In this document: one piece after another, positions 28,407 through 37,273 of the stretch
How the letters are laid out: each line of letters starts with the position of its first letter
Numbering within the stretch: the stretch's first letter is position 1
Assembly (NCBI GenBank): GCA_043732345.1
Contig: JAYTHS010000059.1
Coordinates: forward strand, 1-43,819
DNA length: 43,819 nt
Source of the DNA: Frankiales bacterium
Lineage (GTDB): Bacteria > Actinomycetota > Actinomycetes > Mycobacteriales > SCTD01
Direction: 5' to 3'
Made by a program: the position numbers and the translations under genes
Notes under the pieces: generated by a model
Databases searched by the model: none
Seen by the model: the letters and a program-made list of their open reading frames with translations, nothing else
Told to the model about the DNA's origin: nothing

Positions 28407-29928
28407 AGACGGCGCCGAGCTCGCGCTCGACCGCGGCGAGCTCCTCGGGGGTGCCCTGGACCTTCGGCCCGGTGAACCACTTCCGCGCCGACAGCAGCCA
28501 CCAGCCCCCGGCGAACCCGAGCACCGCGAGCACGGCCAGCGGCGTGTAGTTGAACGTTGAGCGGGTCACCGGGCTGGTCGTCGGCAGCATGAACAGGACG
28601 CTGATGAACGCGACCCACCCGACGGCGACGATGCCGATCGGGCGGCTCCAGCGGCCCAGGCTCCACGGCCCGGCCTCGAAGCCGTCGCCGAGGCGCAGCC
28701 GCAGGTAGACCGGCAGCACGTAGGCGATGAACAGCCCGATCACCGCGATCGAGGTGATGGCGAAGAACGCTGCGGCGTTGACCAGGTAGGGCAGGCCCAG
28801 CAGGAACGCCGCGCCCGCCGCCAGCCAGATCGCGTTGGTGGGCGTGCGGGTCCGCGGGTTGATCTGGTGCCACAGCCGGGAGCCGGGTAGGGCCCCGTCG
28901 CGCGAGAAGGCGTAGATCATGCGGGAGTTGGCGGTGACCGAGGCCATGCCGCAGAACAGTTGCGCGCCGATCGCGATCAGCAGCAGCAGCTTGCCGCCGG
29001 TCGACCCCACGGCGTCGATGAACACCTGGGCTGGTGGCACTCCCGTCGAGGTACCCGTCGTCCCGGCGTAGTCCTGGATGGCATAGGTGACACCGATGAG
29101 CAGCACCCAGCCCGCGACCAGCGACACGACGACGGACATCACGATCCCGCGCGGACCGGCGACGGAGGCGTTCTTGGTCTCCTCCGTCATGTGGGCCGAG
29201 GCGTCGAACCCCGTGAACGTGTACTGCGCGAGCAGCAGGCCCAGCATCGCGACGTAGACGGTCGAGCCCCAGCCGGTGTTGTTGACGAAGTGGGTGAAGA
29301 CGAACGACGTCGACTGGTGCCGGTCGGGCACCACGATCAGCGCCCCGACGATGACGAGCACCCCGACGATGTGCCACCAGACGCTGACATCGTTGAGCAG
29401 CGACACCAGGCGCACGCCACCGATGTTGAGCCCGGCGTGCAGCAGCAGGATCAGCCCGAACAGCAGCACGGTGTGCCCGGGGGTCGCCGCGAAGCCGAAC
29501 TGCAGGTCCAGGAAGGCGTTGAGGAACGTCGCGGCCCCGAAGTCGATCCCGGCCGTGACGGCGACCTGCCCGAGGAAGTTGAACCACCCGGTGAACCACG
29601 ACCACGCGGCGCCGTGCGTCGGCGACAGCTTGGCCGCCCAGTAGTAGAGCCCGCCGGCCGTGGGGTAGCTCGAGCAGACCTCGGCCATGGCCAGGGCGAC
29701 GGTGAGGGTCATCAGCCCGACGAACGGCCAGCCCCACACGATCAGGACCGGGCCGCCAGTGTTGAGCCCGTAGCCGTAGAGCGTGAGGCAACCACTCAGG
29801 ATCGAGATGATCGTGAAGGAGACCGCGAAGTTCGAGAAGCCGGACATCGTCCGGGCGAGCTCCTGGGCATAGCCCAGCTCGTGCAGGCGCTGCTCGTCGG
29901 TAGTGCGGCCCTCGTCCGTGGTGCTCAT
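28405..29928 (-). CDS. APC-superfamily amino acid/amine permease (GABA/choline transporter-like)
   Basis: LGYAQELAR...FSNFAVSF, MAEVCSSYPTAGGLYYW, GFDASAHMTEET, SRMIYAFSRDGALP; many hydrophobic segments. Confidence 0.88.
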   Translation of the reverse strand: MSTTDEGRTTDEQRLHELGYAQELARTMSGFSNFAVSFTIISILSGCLTLYGYGLNTGGPVLIVWGWPFVGLMTLTVALAMAEVCSSYPTAGGLYYWAAKLSPTHGAAWSWFTGWFNFLGQVAVTAGIDFGAATFLNAFLDLQFGFAATPGHTVLLFGLILLLHAGLNIGGVRLVSLLNDVSVWWHIVGVLVIVGALIVVPDRHQSTSFVFTHFVNNTGWGSTVYVAMLGLLLAQYTFTGFDASAHMTEETKNASVAGPRGIVMSVVVSLVAGWVLLIGVTYAIQDYAGTTGTSTGVPPAQVFIDAVGSTGGKLLLLIAIGAQLFCGMASVTANSRMIYAFSRDGALPGSRLWHQINPRTRTPTNAIWLAAGAAFLLGLPYLVNAAAFFAITSIAVIGLFIAYVLPVYLRLRLGDGFEAGPWSLGRWSRPIGIVAVGWVAFISVLFMLPTTSPVTRSTFNYTPLAVLAVLGFAGGWWLLSARKWFTGPKVQGTPEELAAVERELGAV

Positions 29929-29976
29929 CGGCGTCCCCCGGGGACTGTCGTGACACCCCCGGAAGGGGCGTTCGGC

Positions 29977-29994
29977 GATGATCACACCATCATC
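29977..29994. promoter_or_regulatory. Candidate operator upstream of the permease
   Basis: GATGAT-N6-ATCATC palindrome, overlapping ACCA-N5-TGGT. Confidence 0.35.
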
Positions 29995-30046
29995 TGGTCG
30001 CTGCGCAAAGCGTGGACCGGCGCGACACCCCGCGAGGACAGGCGGG

Positions 30047-32089
30047 CTACTGGGCGGTCATCCCGCCGTCGGCGACCACGACGCTGCCGGTCATGAAGGA
30101 CGCCTCGTCGGAGGCGAGGAACAGCACGACGTGGGCGATCTCCCGGGGGGTGCCGGGGCGCCCGATGGGCTGGAAGGAGTCGATGGTGTCGTAGACGTGC
30201 TGCAGCCCGCCGAGCATCTCGGCGTGGGCGTGGTTGATGGGCGTGTCCACCCAGCCCGGGCAGATGACGTTGCAGCGGATGCCGGCCTTCGCGTAGTCCA
30301 GCGCCACTCCCTTGGTGAGCATCACCGAGGCGCCCTTGGAGGCCGAGTAGAGCGCGAGGAACGGCTCGCTGACGAGCCCGTTGACGCTGGCGACGTTGAC
30401 GATCGAGCCGCCGCCCTGGGCCAGCATGTGGGGGATGGCGGCCCGGCACCCGTAGATCTGGCCCTTGACGTTGACGTCCAGGGTCCGGTCGATGACCTCG
30501 TCGCTGACCTCGTGCAGGACTCCGGGCAGGTTGACGCCGGCGTTGTTGACCAGCACGTCCAGACGGCCGCCCCAGGCAACAGCGGCCTGCACCATCGCGT
30601 CGACCTGTCGTGGGTCGGCGACATCGACCTGCCTGGCAAGGGCTGTCCCCCCGTCCTGGACGACGAGGGCGGCTGTCTCCTGGGCGGTGGCCACGTCCAA
30701 GTCGGCGACCAGCACCAGGCCGCCCTCCTCCGCCAGCCTCAGCGCTGAGGCTCGGCCGATGCCCGACCCGCCACCCGTGACTACGCACATCTTGCCAACG
30801 ACCCTGCCTGCCACCTTGACCTCTTCCACCTCGATGACGGTCTCCCATCCTGCCCTGCCCCGCCGCTGTCCCCGACCGACCTGCCACGGCGAGGGGGGCG
30901 GGCGCACCGGGACGTGGCTCGTCAACCAGGCCGGGTCGACGAAGGCGTAGCGACCGACCTCGGGGAGTCGTTTCGCGTAGGCCGGGTGGGTGCGCAGCCG
31001 CTCGGCCACGCTGGCGTGCAGCAGTGCCCCCTGCGGGATCCGTCGCAGCCGGGGCAACCCGGCCAGCCACCAGACTCGCGAGTTCGCGTGGACGGCGCCG
31101 GTCGCGCTGTCGAGGGTCACCTGGCGCTCTGCGTCGGCGTACGCCTCGGGCTCGAGCCGCAGGCCGGCGGCCGCGGCGGCCTGGATCATCCACTTCAGCG
31201 GTACGTCGGACAGCCGCGACCCGTTCGCGAACATGCCCCCGACGTCGGAGTGCACGCCGGCAAACCAGACCTGCTGCAGGTCCTGCGGCGCCTTCCCCGG
31301 TTCGGGATCCAGCTCCAGCACGGGGTAGCTGGCGAAGGGCCGCCGCCACTCGTCGACGGCCAGGGCGTGCCGCACCAGCTGCACGTGCGGCAGGTGACGC
31401 GTGTAAGGCCACTGGATCTGCCGCCGCAGGGTGCCCGCCGCCTCGACCGTGTCCCACAGCCCGAGGAAGGCCACCGGTACGGCGATCGCGCCATTGCCCC
31501 CGCGTCGCGCGAAGGTGTCGGAGTACTCGAACAGCAGCCGCCAATCCTTCTCCGATGACCCTTCGGTTCCGGACGCCGAGCGGGCGTCGAGGCGGGCCCG
31601 CGCCGCAGCGTCGGGGTCGATGACCCCGGCCGGCGCCGACGCGATGCCGGTGCGGGGCGCGGTGTCGGCGTCGCCGCGCGACATGGCCTCGATGGCGTAG
31701 GGGACAAGGTTTTCGGCGCCCGGGCGGAACAGCCCGAAGGCAGCCAGCATGCCGGTGAGAGCACGCGCGGTGTAAGCCCCGCGGCTGAAGCCGAAGACGA
31801 AGATCTGGTCACCGTCCTCGTAGTGCTCCATGAGGTACGCGTAGGCGCTGCCGAGGTTCTGGCGAAGCCCCAGGCCGAAGGCCAGCCCCAGCACCCTGGT
31901 CACCCAGCGGCCGGTCGCGGTCCAGGCCCCCGAGGCGCTGAACGTCCCGACCCCCGGCTGGTAAAACGCCACCAGCTCCTCGGGACGGTCGAGCGGGAGC
32001 ATCTGGTAGAGCCGCAGCACGTTGGTGTTGTCCGCGCTCTTGACTTTGTTGTTCGTCCCGTCGAGGCAGATCACGATCTGCTTGCCCAT
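30047..32089 (-). CDS. DUF2235/Tle1-like alpha/beta hydrolase fused in frame to a short-chain dehydrogenase
   Basis: N-part: ICLDGT, TNVLRLY, YQPGVGT, GFSRGA, GLWDTV, HALAVDE, WFAGVHSDVGG. C-part from GTG 30814: TGGGSGIG, NNAG, YSASK. No stop between them. Confidence 0.85.
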   Translation of the reverse strand: MGKQIVICLDGTNNKVKSADNTNVLRLYQMLPLDRPEELVAFYQPGVGTFSASGAWTATGRWVTRVLGLAFGLGLRQNLGSAYAYLMEHYEDGDQIFVFGFSRGAYTARALTGMLAAFGLFRPGAENLVPYAIEAMSRGDADTAPRTGIASAPAGVIDPDAAARARLDARSASGTEGSSEKDWRLLFEYSDTFARRGGNGAIAVPVAFLGLWDTVEAAGTLRRQIQWPYTRHLPHVQLVRHALAVDEWRRPFASYPVLELDPEPGKAPQDLQQVWFAGVHSDVGGMFANGSRLSDVPLKWMIQAAAAAGLRLEPEAYADAERQVTLDSATGAVHANSRVWWLAGLPRLRRIPQGALLHASVAERLRTHPAYAKRLPEVGRYAFVDPAWLTSHVPVRPPPSPWQVGRGQRRGRAGWETVIEVEEVKVAGRVVGKMCVVTGGGSGIGRASALRLAEEGGLVLVADLDVATAQETAALVVQDGGTALARQVDVADPRQVDAMVQAAVAWGGRLDVLVNNAGVNLPGVLHEVSDEVIDRTLDVNVKGQIYGCRAAIPHMLAQGGGSIVNVASVNGLVSEPFLALYSASKGASVMLTKGVALDYAKAGIRCNVICPGWVDTPINHAHAEMLGGLQHVYDTIDSFQPIGRPGTPREIAHVVLFLASDEASFMTGSVVVADGGMTAQ

Positions 32090-32167
32090 GCGGTACCACC
32101 CCCGCCAGCCGCCGGAGACGGCATCCTGGCGATCATTGCAGGCCGCGGGACTGAGTGAACAGGTGCG

Positions 32168-33676
32168 TCAGCCCCGCCCGTGCACCAGGCCGATCACCTT
32201 GGCGAGGGTGTCGGTCACCTTGGGGGAGCGGGAGAACGACAGCAGCTGCACAGGCAGGTCGAACTTCTGCCGGGTGATCGCCTTGGCCCGGGTGAACTCC
32301 TTGAGCCCGTCCTCGCCGTGGATGCGGCCGAAGCCGGAGTCACCGACCCCGCCGAAGGGCAGGCCGGGGACCGAGGCGAAGGCGATGACCGAGTTGACGC
32401 TCGTCATGCCCGAGCGCATCCGCCGGGCGATCTCGACGCCCGCCTTGCTCTTGCCGGTGAAGACCGCGCCGGCCAGGCCGTACGACGTGGCGTTGGTCTT
32501 GGCGATCGCCTCGTCGACGTCGCGCACCCGCGCCACCGTGATGGTCGGCCCGAAGGTCTCCTCGGTGACCGCGGTGCTGTCCTCGGGGACGTCGACCAGC
32601 ACCGTCGGCTGCACGAGCCCGCCCTGCGCGGTCCCGCCGGTGAGCACCCGGCCACCGCGGGCCACCGCGTCGGCGATGTGCCGGGTGATGACGTCGACCT
32701 GCGAGGGCATGGTGATCGGGCCGTACGAGGCGCCCGCGTCCGAGCCCGGGCGGATCGCCCCGGCCCGGGTCGTGAGCTCCCGCACGAAGGCGTCGTACAC
32801 CTTGTCGGTGGCGTAGACCCGCTCGATGCCGATGCACGTCTGGCCGGCGTTGCTCATCCCTCCCCACAGGGCCGCGTCGGCGGCCGCGGCCACGTCGGCG
32901 TCGTCGTCGACGATCATCGCGTCCTTGCCGCCGCACTCCATGAGCACCGGGACGAGGTTCTCCGAGCAGGCCGCCATGACCTTGCGGCCGGTCGCCGCCG
33001 AGCCGGTGAAGGCGATCTTGTCGACCCCGGCGCGGCACAGTGCAGCCCCGGTGGCCCCGAGGCCGGTGACGACCTGCAGCACGTCGGGACGCTCCGGGAC
33101 GGCCATCTGCCAGGCGTGCTCGAGCCACAGGCCGATCGCGGGGGTGTACTCGCTGGGCTTGAAGACGACGGCGTTGCCGGCCGCGAGCGCGTAGGCGATG
33201 GAGCCCATCGGGGTGAAGACGGGGTAGTTCCACGGGCCGATGACCCCGATGACGCCGAGCGGTTGGTATTCCAGCAGGGCCTGCTGGTTGGCGGCCATGA
33301 GCCCGGCCGGGACCCGCCGCAGGCCGAGCAGCTTGGCGGCGTGCTTGCTGGACCACTCGATGTGGTCGATGGCCAGGGTGATCTCGAGCAACGCATCGGG
33401 GTGCGGCTTGCCGTTCTCCTTGTGCACCAGATCGGCGAGCTCGTGGATCCGCCTGGCCAGCACGCCTTTCCACGCCTTTAGGTGGGTCCGGCGGCCTGCG
33501 GTCCCCTGCTCCTGCCACCACTGCGCGGCCTCGCGCGCCCGGGCGACGGCGGCGGCGACCTGCTCGTCGCTGTGCACCGGGTGGCTGGCCAGCACCTGCC
33601 CCGTACCTGGGTCGAGCGAGTCGAAGGTCTCGACGGAGTCGGGCAGCACGACAGGGCGGTCAGCGGCAAGCGTCAT
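32168..33676 (-). CDS. Aldehyde dehydrogenase
   Basis: PWNYP, FKPSE, FTGS, MECGGKD, NAGQTC, EETFGP, PFGGVGDSGFGR; start at 33676 or 33712. Confidence 0.9.
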   Translation of the reverse strand: MTLAADRPVVLPDSVETFDSLDPGTGQVLASHPVHSDEQVAAAVARAREAAQWWQEQGTAGRRTHLKAWKGVLARRIHELADLVHKENGKPHPDALLEITLAIDHIEWSSKHAAKLLGLRRVPAGLMAANQQALLEYQPLGVIGVIGPWNYPVFTPMGSIAYALAAGNAVVFKPSEYTPAIGLWLEHAWQMAVPERPDVLQVVTGLGATGAALCRAGVDKIAFTGSAATGRKVMAACSENLVPVLMECGGKDAMIVDDDADVAAAADAALWGGMSNAGQTCIGIERVYATDKVYDAFVRELTTRAGAIRPGSDAGASYGPITMPSQVDVITRHIADAVARGGRVLTGGTAQGGLVQPTVLVDVPEDSTAVTEETFGPTITVARVRDVDEAIAKTNATSYGLAGAVFTGKSKAGVEIARRMRSGMTSVNSVIAFASVPGLPFGGVGDSGFGRIHGEDGLKEFTRAKAITRQKFDLPVQLLSFSRSPKVTDTLAKVIGLVHGRG

Positions 33677-33751
33677 GACCAAAGCGTAGGCGCCAGCGGT
33701 GGACAGGGTCATCGCGTGTCACGATCACCTCCCACCAGCGAGGAGACCGCC

Positions 33752-35347
33752 GTGCAGGAGCGCTACGACTACGTGATCGTCGGGGCCGGGTCGGCCGGCT
33801 GCGTGCTGGCCGCCCGCCTCACCGAGGACCCCTCCGTGACGGTGCTCCTGCTCGAGGCCGGCGGGGACGACCGAGTCGACGAGATCACGATCCCGGCGGC
33901 GTTCGCCAAGCAGTTCCGCACCAAGCTGGACTGGGGCTACGCCACCGACTCCCAGAAGCACGCGCAGGGGCGGCGGCTCTACTGGCCGCGGGGCAAGGCG
34001 CTCGGCGGGTCGAGCTCCATGAACGCCATGATCTACATCCGTGGCTCGCGGCATGACTACGACGAGTGGGCCGCGCTCACCGGTGACCCCTCCTGGACCT
34101 ACGACGCGGTGCTCCCGCACTTCCGGCGCTCCGAGGACAATGCGCGGGGCGAGTCGGCGCACCACGGCGCCGGTGGTCCGCTGCGGGTCGAGGAGCAGCG
34201 CTCCCCGCACCCGTGGACGCGGGCCTTCCTGTCCGACGTCGCCGCGGCCGGCCACCGCCCCAACCCCGACTTCAACGGCCCCGAGCAGGACGGTTCCGGT
34301 CTCTACCAGGTGACCCAGAAGCGCGGCCGCCGCTGGTCGACGGCGGTGGGGTTCCTGCGGCCGGCGATGGAGCGCCCCGGGCTGACCGTCCGGACGCACG
34401 CCCTCACGACCCGGGTGCTGGTCGAGGACGGCCGGGCTGTCGGCGTGGAGTACCGCCACGACGGTGCCACCCACACGGCCCACGTCGAGGCCGAGGTGCT
34501 GCTCTGCGGCGGCGCGATCAACAGCCCCCAGCTGCTGCTGCTGTCGGGGATCGGCCCGTCGCCTCATCTGCGCGACCTCGGCATCACCGTGCAGCACGAC
34601 CTGCCCGGGGTTGGTGAGGGTCTGCAGGACCACCCCGCCATGCCGCTGATCTGCCAGGCCACGGGCAGCTCCCTGAAGGACGCGGAGGCCCCGAAGCAGG
34701 TCGCGGACTACTACCTGCGCAAGCGCGGGATGCTGACCTCCAACGTCGGCGAGGGCGGGTCGTTCTTCCGGTCCCGTCCCGACCTCGACGTCGTGGACCT
34801 GCAGTACCACTTTGCGCCCGTGAAGTTCTTCGGGCAGGGCTTCTACGATCCGGACGAGCAGGCGCTGACCCTCGCCGTCACCCTCGTCCGGGTGGCCTCG
34901 CGGGGCTCGGTCCGGTTGCGCTCGGCGGACCCGACGTGGGCGCCCGCCATCGACGGCGGCTACCTGCGCGAGGACGAGGACGTCGAGGCGCTGGCGGCCG
35001 GGCTCAGGCACGCCCGGGAGGTCGTCGCCGGTGGTGCGCTCGGCCGGATCATCACGGGAGAGTGGCTGCCCGGCAAGGACGTGCAGTCCAACGACGACTT
35101 GCGCGAGGCGGTGCGCGGGGGCATCGAGTCGCTCTACCACCCGGTGTCGAGCTGCCGGATGGGGACCGACGACCTCGCCGTCGTCGACAGCGAGCTGCGG
35201 GTGCACGGCGTCGCCGGGCTGCGCGTCGTGGACGCTTCCGTCATGCCGACCCTGGTGCGAGGCAACACCAACGCCCCCACGATCATGATCGCCGAGAAGG
35301 CAGCCGCGATGATCACCGGGCGCGTCCCTGCGCTGTCCGCTCCCTGA
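33752..35347 (+). CDS. GMC-family oxidoreductase (choline/alcohol dehydrogenase-like)
   Basis: [65 protein letters not shown]; GAGGAG RBS. Confidence 0.92.
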   Translation: MQERYDYVIVGAGSAGCVLAARLTEDPSVTVLLLEAGGDDRVDEITIPAAFAKQFRTKLDWGYATDSQKHAQGRRLYWPRGKALGGSSSMNAMIYIRGSRHDYDEWAALTGDPSWTYDAVLPHFRRSEDNARGESAHHGAGGPLRVEEQRSPHPWTRAFLSDVAAAGHRPNPDFNGPEQDGSGLYQVTQKRGRRWSTAVGFLRPAMERPGLTVRTHALTTRVLVEDGRAVGVEYRHDGATHTAHVEAEVLLCGGAINSPQLLLLSGIGPSPHLRDLGITVQHDLPGVGEGLQDHPAMPLICQATGSSLKDAEAPKQVADYYLRKRGMLTSNVGEGGSFFRSRPDLDVVDLQYHFAPVKFFGQGFYDPDEQALTLAVTLVRVASRGSVRLRSADPTWAPAIDGGYLREDEDVEALAAGLRHAREVVAGGALGRIITGEWLPGKDVQSNDDLREAVRGGIESLYHPVSSCRMGTDDLAVVDSELRVHGVAGLRVVDASVMPTLVRGNTNAPTIMIAEKAAAMITGRVPALSAP

Positions 35348-35357
35348 CCCGGAGGCG

Positions 35358-36362
35358 CTAGCTCGGAGGTCTGGCCGACTCGGGGCTCGACAGGACCGTC
35401 CGGTCGCGACCGGCAGCCTTCGCGGCCAGCAGCGCGGCGTCCGCCGCCTCCACCAGGTCATCGCCGGAGGTGGCATGGATGGGGAAGGTTGCGACACCCG
35501 CACTGGCGGTGAGCCGCATGACGCCTGGCGCCGCCGCGACCGCGGCCCGCAGCCGCTCGGTGATGGCCACGGCCTCGGCGGCTGGGCAGTTGGGCAGGAT
35601 GACCACGAACTCCTCCCCGCCGTACCTCGCGGGGGTGTCGACGTCCCGGCTCGCGACGACCAGGGACGCGGCGACGTTGCGCAGGGACTCGTCCCCCGCT
35701 GGGTGGCCGTAGCGGTCGTTCACCTGCTTGAACAGGTCGAGGTCCAGCAGGGCCAGGCTGACCGGCTCCCCGTTGCGCACCGACCTCGCGATCTCTCGGT
35801 CCAGCGAGGTGTTGAAGCTCCGGCGGTTCGCGATCATCGTCAGGTCGTCGGTCGCGGCCAGGCGTTCGAGCTGCGCCAGCCGCAGCTCGCGGCTCAGGGC
35901 TGCCGAGGCGCTCGACGCGAGCCGGGACAGCTGGGCCAGGACGTGGTCGCGTCGCCGACCCCGCATGACCTCGGGCAGCTCGACCACGAGCGCCCCGAGC
36001 CGACGCCGGTCTGCGAGCGGTACGACGAGCAGCTCGGTGCTGGCCGGGAAGAGCCTGCTGAGCAGCGGTTCTCGCAGCGCGTTCGGATGGGCCAGGACCT
36101 GCGCGTGCTGCAGCGCCTGGGCGTCGGTGACGGTGGCGCTGGTCCCGCGGCCGACCTCACCCGGCGACGTAGCGTGGGTCGCGACCACGACCAGCGGGCG
36201 CTCGCCGAGCAGGACGACACCGCGAGCGAAGCCGTACGTCCCGACGGCCGTGGTCAGCAGCAGCTCGGCGACCCCAGCCGGGGTGGTGGCCGACAGGATG
36301 GCGTCGACGAAACCCCACAGGGCCTGCAGCTCCGTGGGTCCGGCAGCAGCCAGCGGCTGCAT
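35358..36362 (-). CDS. Diguanylate cyclase with a GAF-like N-terminal region
   Basis: [26 protein letters not shown]-site RDVD and RYGGEEF; start uncertain. Confidence 0.85.
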   Translation of the reverse strand: MQPLAAAGPTELQALWGFVDAILSATTPAGVAELLLTTAVGTYGFARGVVLLGERPLVVVATHATSPGEVGRGTSATVTDAQALQHAQVLAHPNALREPLLSRLFPASTELLVVPLADRRRLGALVVELPEVMRGRRRDHVLAQLSRLASSASAALSRELRLAQLERLAATDDLTMIANRRSFNTSLDREIARSVRNGEPVSLALLDLDLFKQVNDRYGHPAGDESLRNVAASLVVASRDVDTPARYGGEEFVVILPNCPAAEAVAITERLRAAVAAAPGVMRLTASAGVATFPIHATSGDDLVEAADAALLAAKAAGRDRTVLSSPESARPPS

Positions 36363-36507
36363 GTCCTGCTTGGGGCGCACGGTCACCAACTGGCTCACGG
36401 GCAGCAGCAGCTGGCGACGTGCAAGTGGATCGCGAGGGCGGGAGGGGGACGACACCCGGGTCCTTCCTCGTGCAGGGACGTGCCCACCAGTGTCGGGCCT
36501 GGCGAGC

Positions 36508-36541
36508 CGGACCGAATGGGCTGAACGGGTCATTCGGTCCG
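36508..36541. promoter_or_regulatory. Perfect 11-bp inverted repeat between the divergent cyclase and sigma remnant
   Basis: CGGACCGAATG-N12-CATTCGGTCCG. Confidence 0.45.
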
Positions 36542-36628
36542 CGGATCGTCGCAGGTGCTCGATCCTCCACGGCAACCTGCGACGGAGCTGGACTGTCTGG
36601 CAGCCCCGCTCGCGACCGGAGAACCACC

Positions 36629-36860
36629 GTGCGCCAGACCGCGCTCGCTGAGCTGCATGCCCAGCACGCGACCCGGGCAAGGACCCTCGCCTACCTGCCC
36701 ACCGGCGACGCCTAGGATCTCGTCCAGGACCTCGTCCAGGACTGCTTCGTCCAGCCCGCCGGCCGGCTCGTCACCCCGCAGGACCCCCCAGCGCACCAGC
36801 GCAGGAGGGTCGCGAACGCCGCCCACTCCCACCGCAAGCTGCGGCCTCGGCGCCGGGCCG
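36629..36860 (+). pseudogene. Decayed ECF (SigE-type) sigma factor, region 2 only
   Basis: GGAG RBS and GTG; LAELHAQHATRARTLAYLPTGDA*DLVQDLVQDCFVQ, then frameshifted ANAAHS/HRKLR; internal TAG at 36713-36715 and a 12-bp duplication. Confidence 0.7.
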
Positions 36861-36910
36861 AGGCTGACGACCGCCGACGGCCTGGGTACCGGCACGACCT
36901 TGGCCGGGCT

Positions 36911-37260
36911 CCGCAACCGCAACCGCAACCGCAACCGCAGCTCGTACGTCGTACGAGGCAGGCCTCCGATCTGGCCCGGATCTGGGGCGCAGCTCGTACG
37001 TCGTACGAGGCAGGCCTCCGATCTGGCCCGGATCTGGGGCGTAGGTCGTACGTCGTACGAGTTTCGGGCGGTGGGGCGAGCGGGGCCTATCCGCGGCGCT
37101 CCGGGGCGGCTGGGCGGACCCACGGCAACCGCAGCTCGTACGTCGTACGAGGCAGCCTCTGATCTGGCCCGGATCTGGGGCGCAGGTCGTACTTCGAACA
37201 AGTTGCGGGCGTAAGAGTTGCGGGCGTAGGAGTTGCGGGCGCACGAGCTGCGGGCGGCCA
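36911..37260. repeat. Composite REP/BIME-like palindromic repeat array
   Basis: (CCGCAA)x4; identical 52-bp units at 36936 and 36988; a 51-bp copy at 37130; partial copies at 37040 and 37181; core CTCGTACG-T-CGTACGAG; then four 15-bp units starting AGTTGCGGGCG or AGCTGCGGGCG. Confidence 0.9.
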
Positions 37261-37273
37261 GACCCCGGGCCGT

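Noticed and set aside
30815-32089. Type VI secretion effector locus
   Set aside because: No vgrG, PAAR, immunity or secretion genes are nearby, and the host is an actinobacterium.
36936-37202. CRISPR array
   Set aside because: The sequences between the palindromes are near-identical rather than unique spacers, and there are no cas genes in the window.
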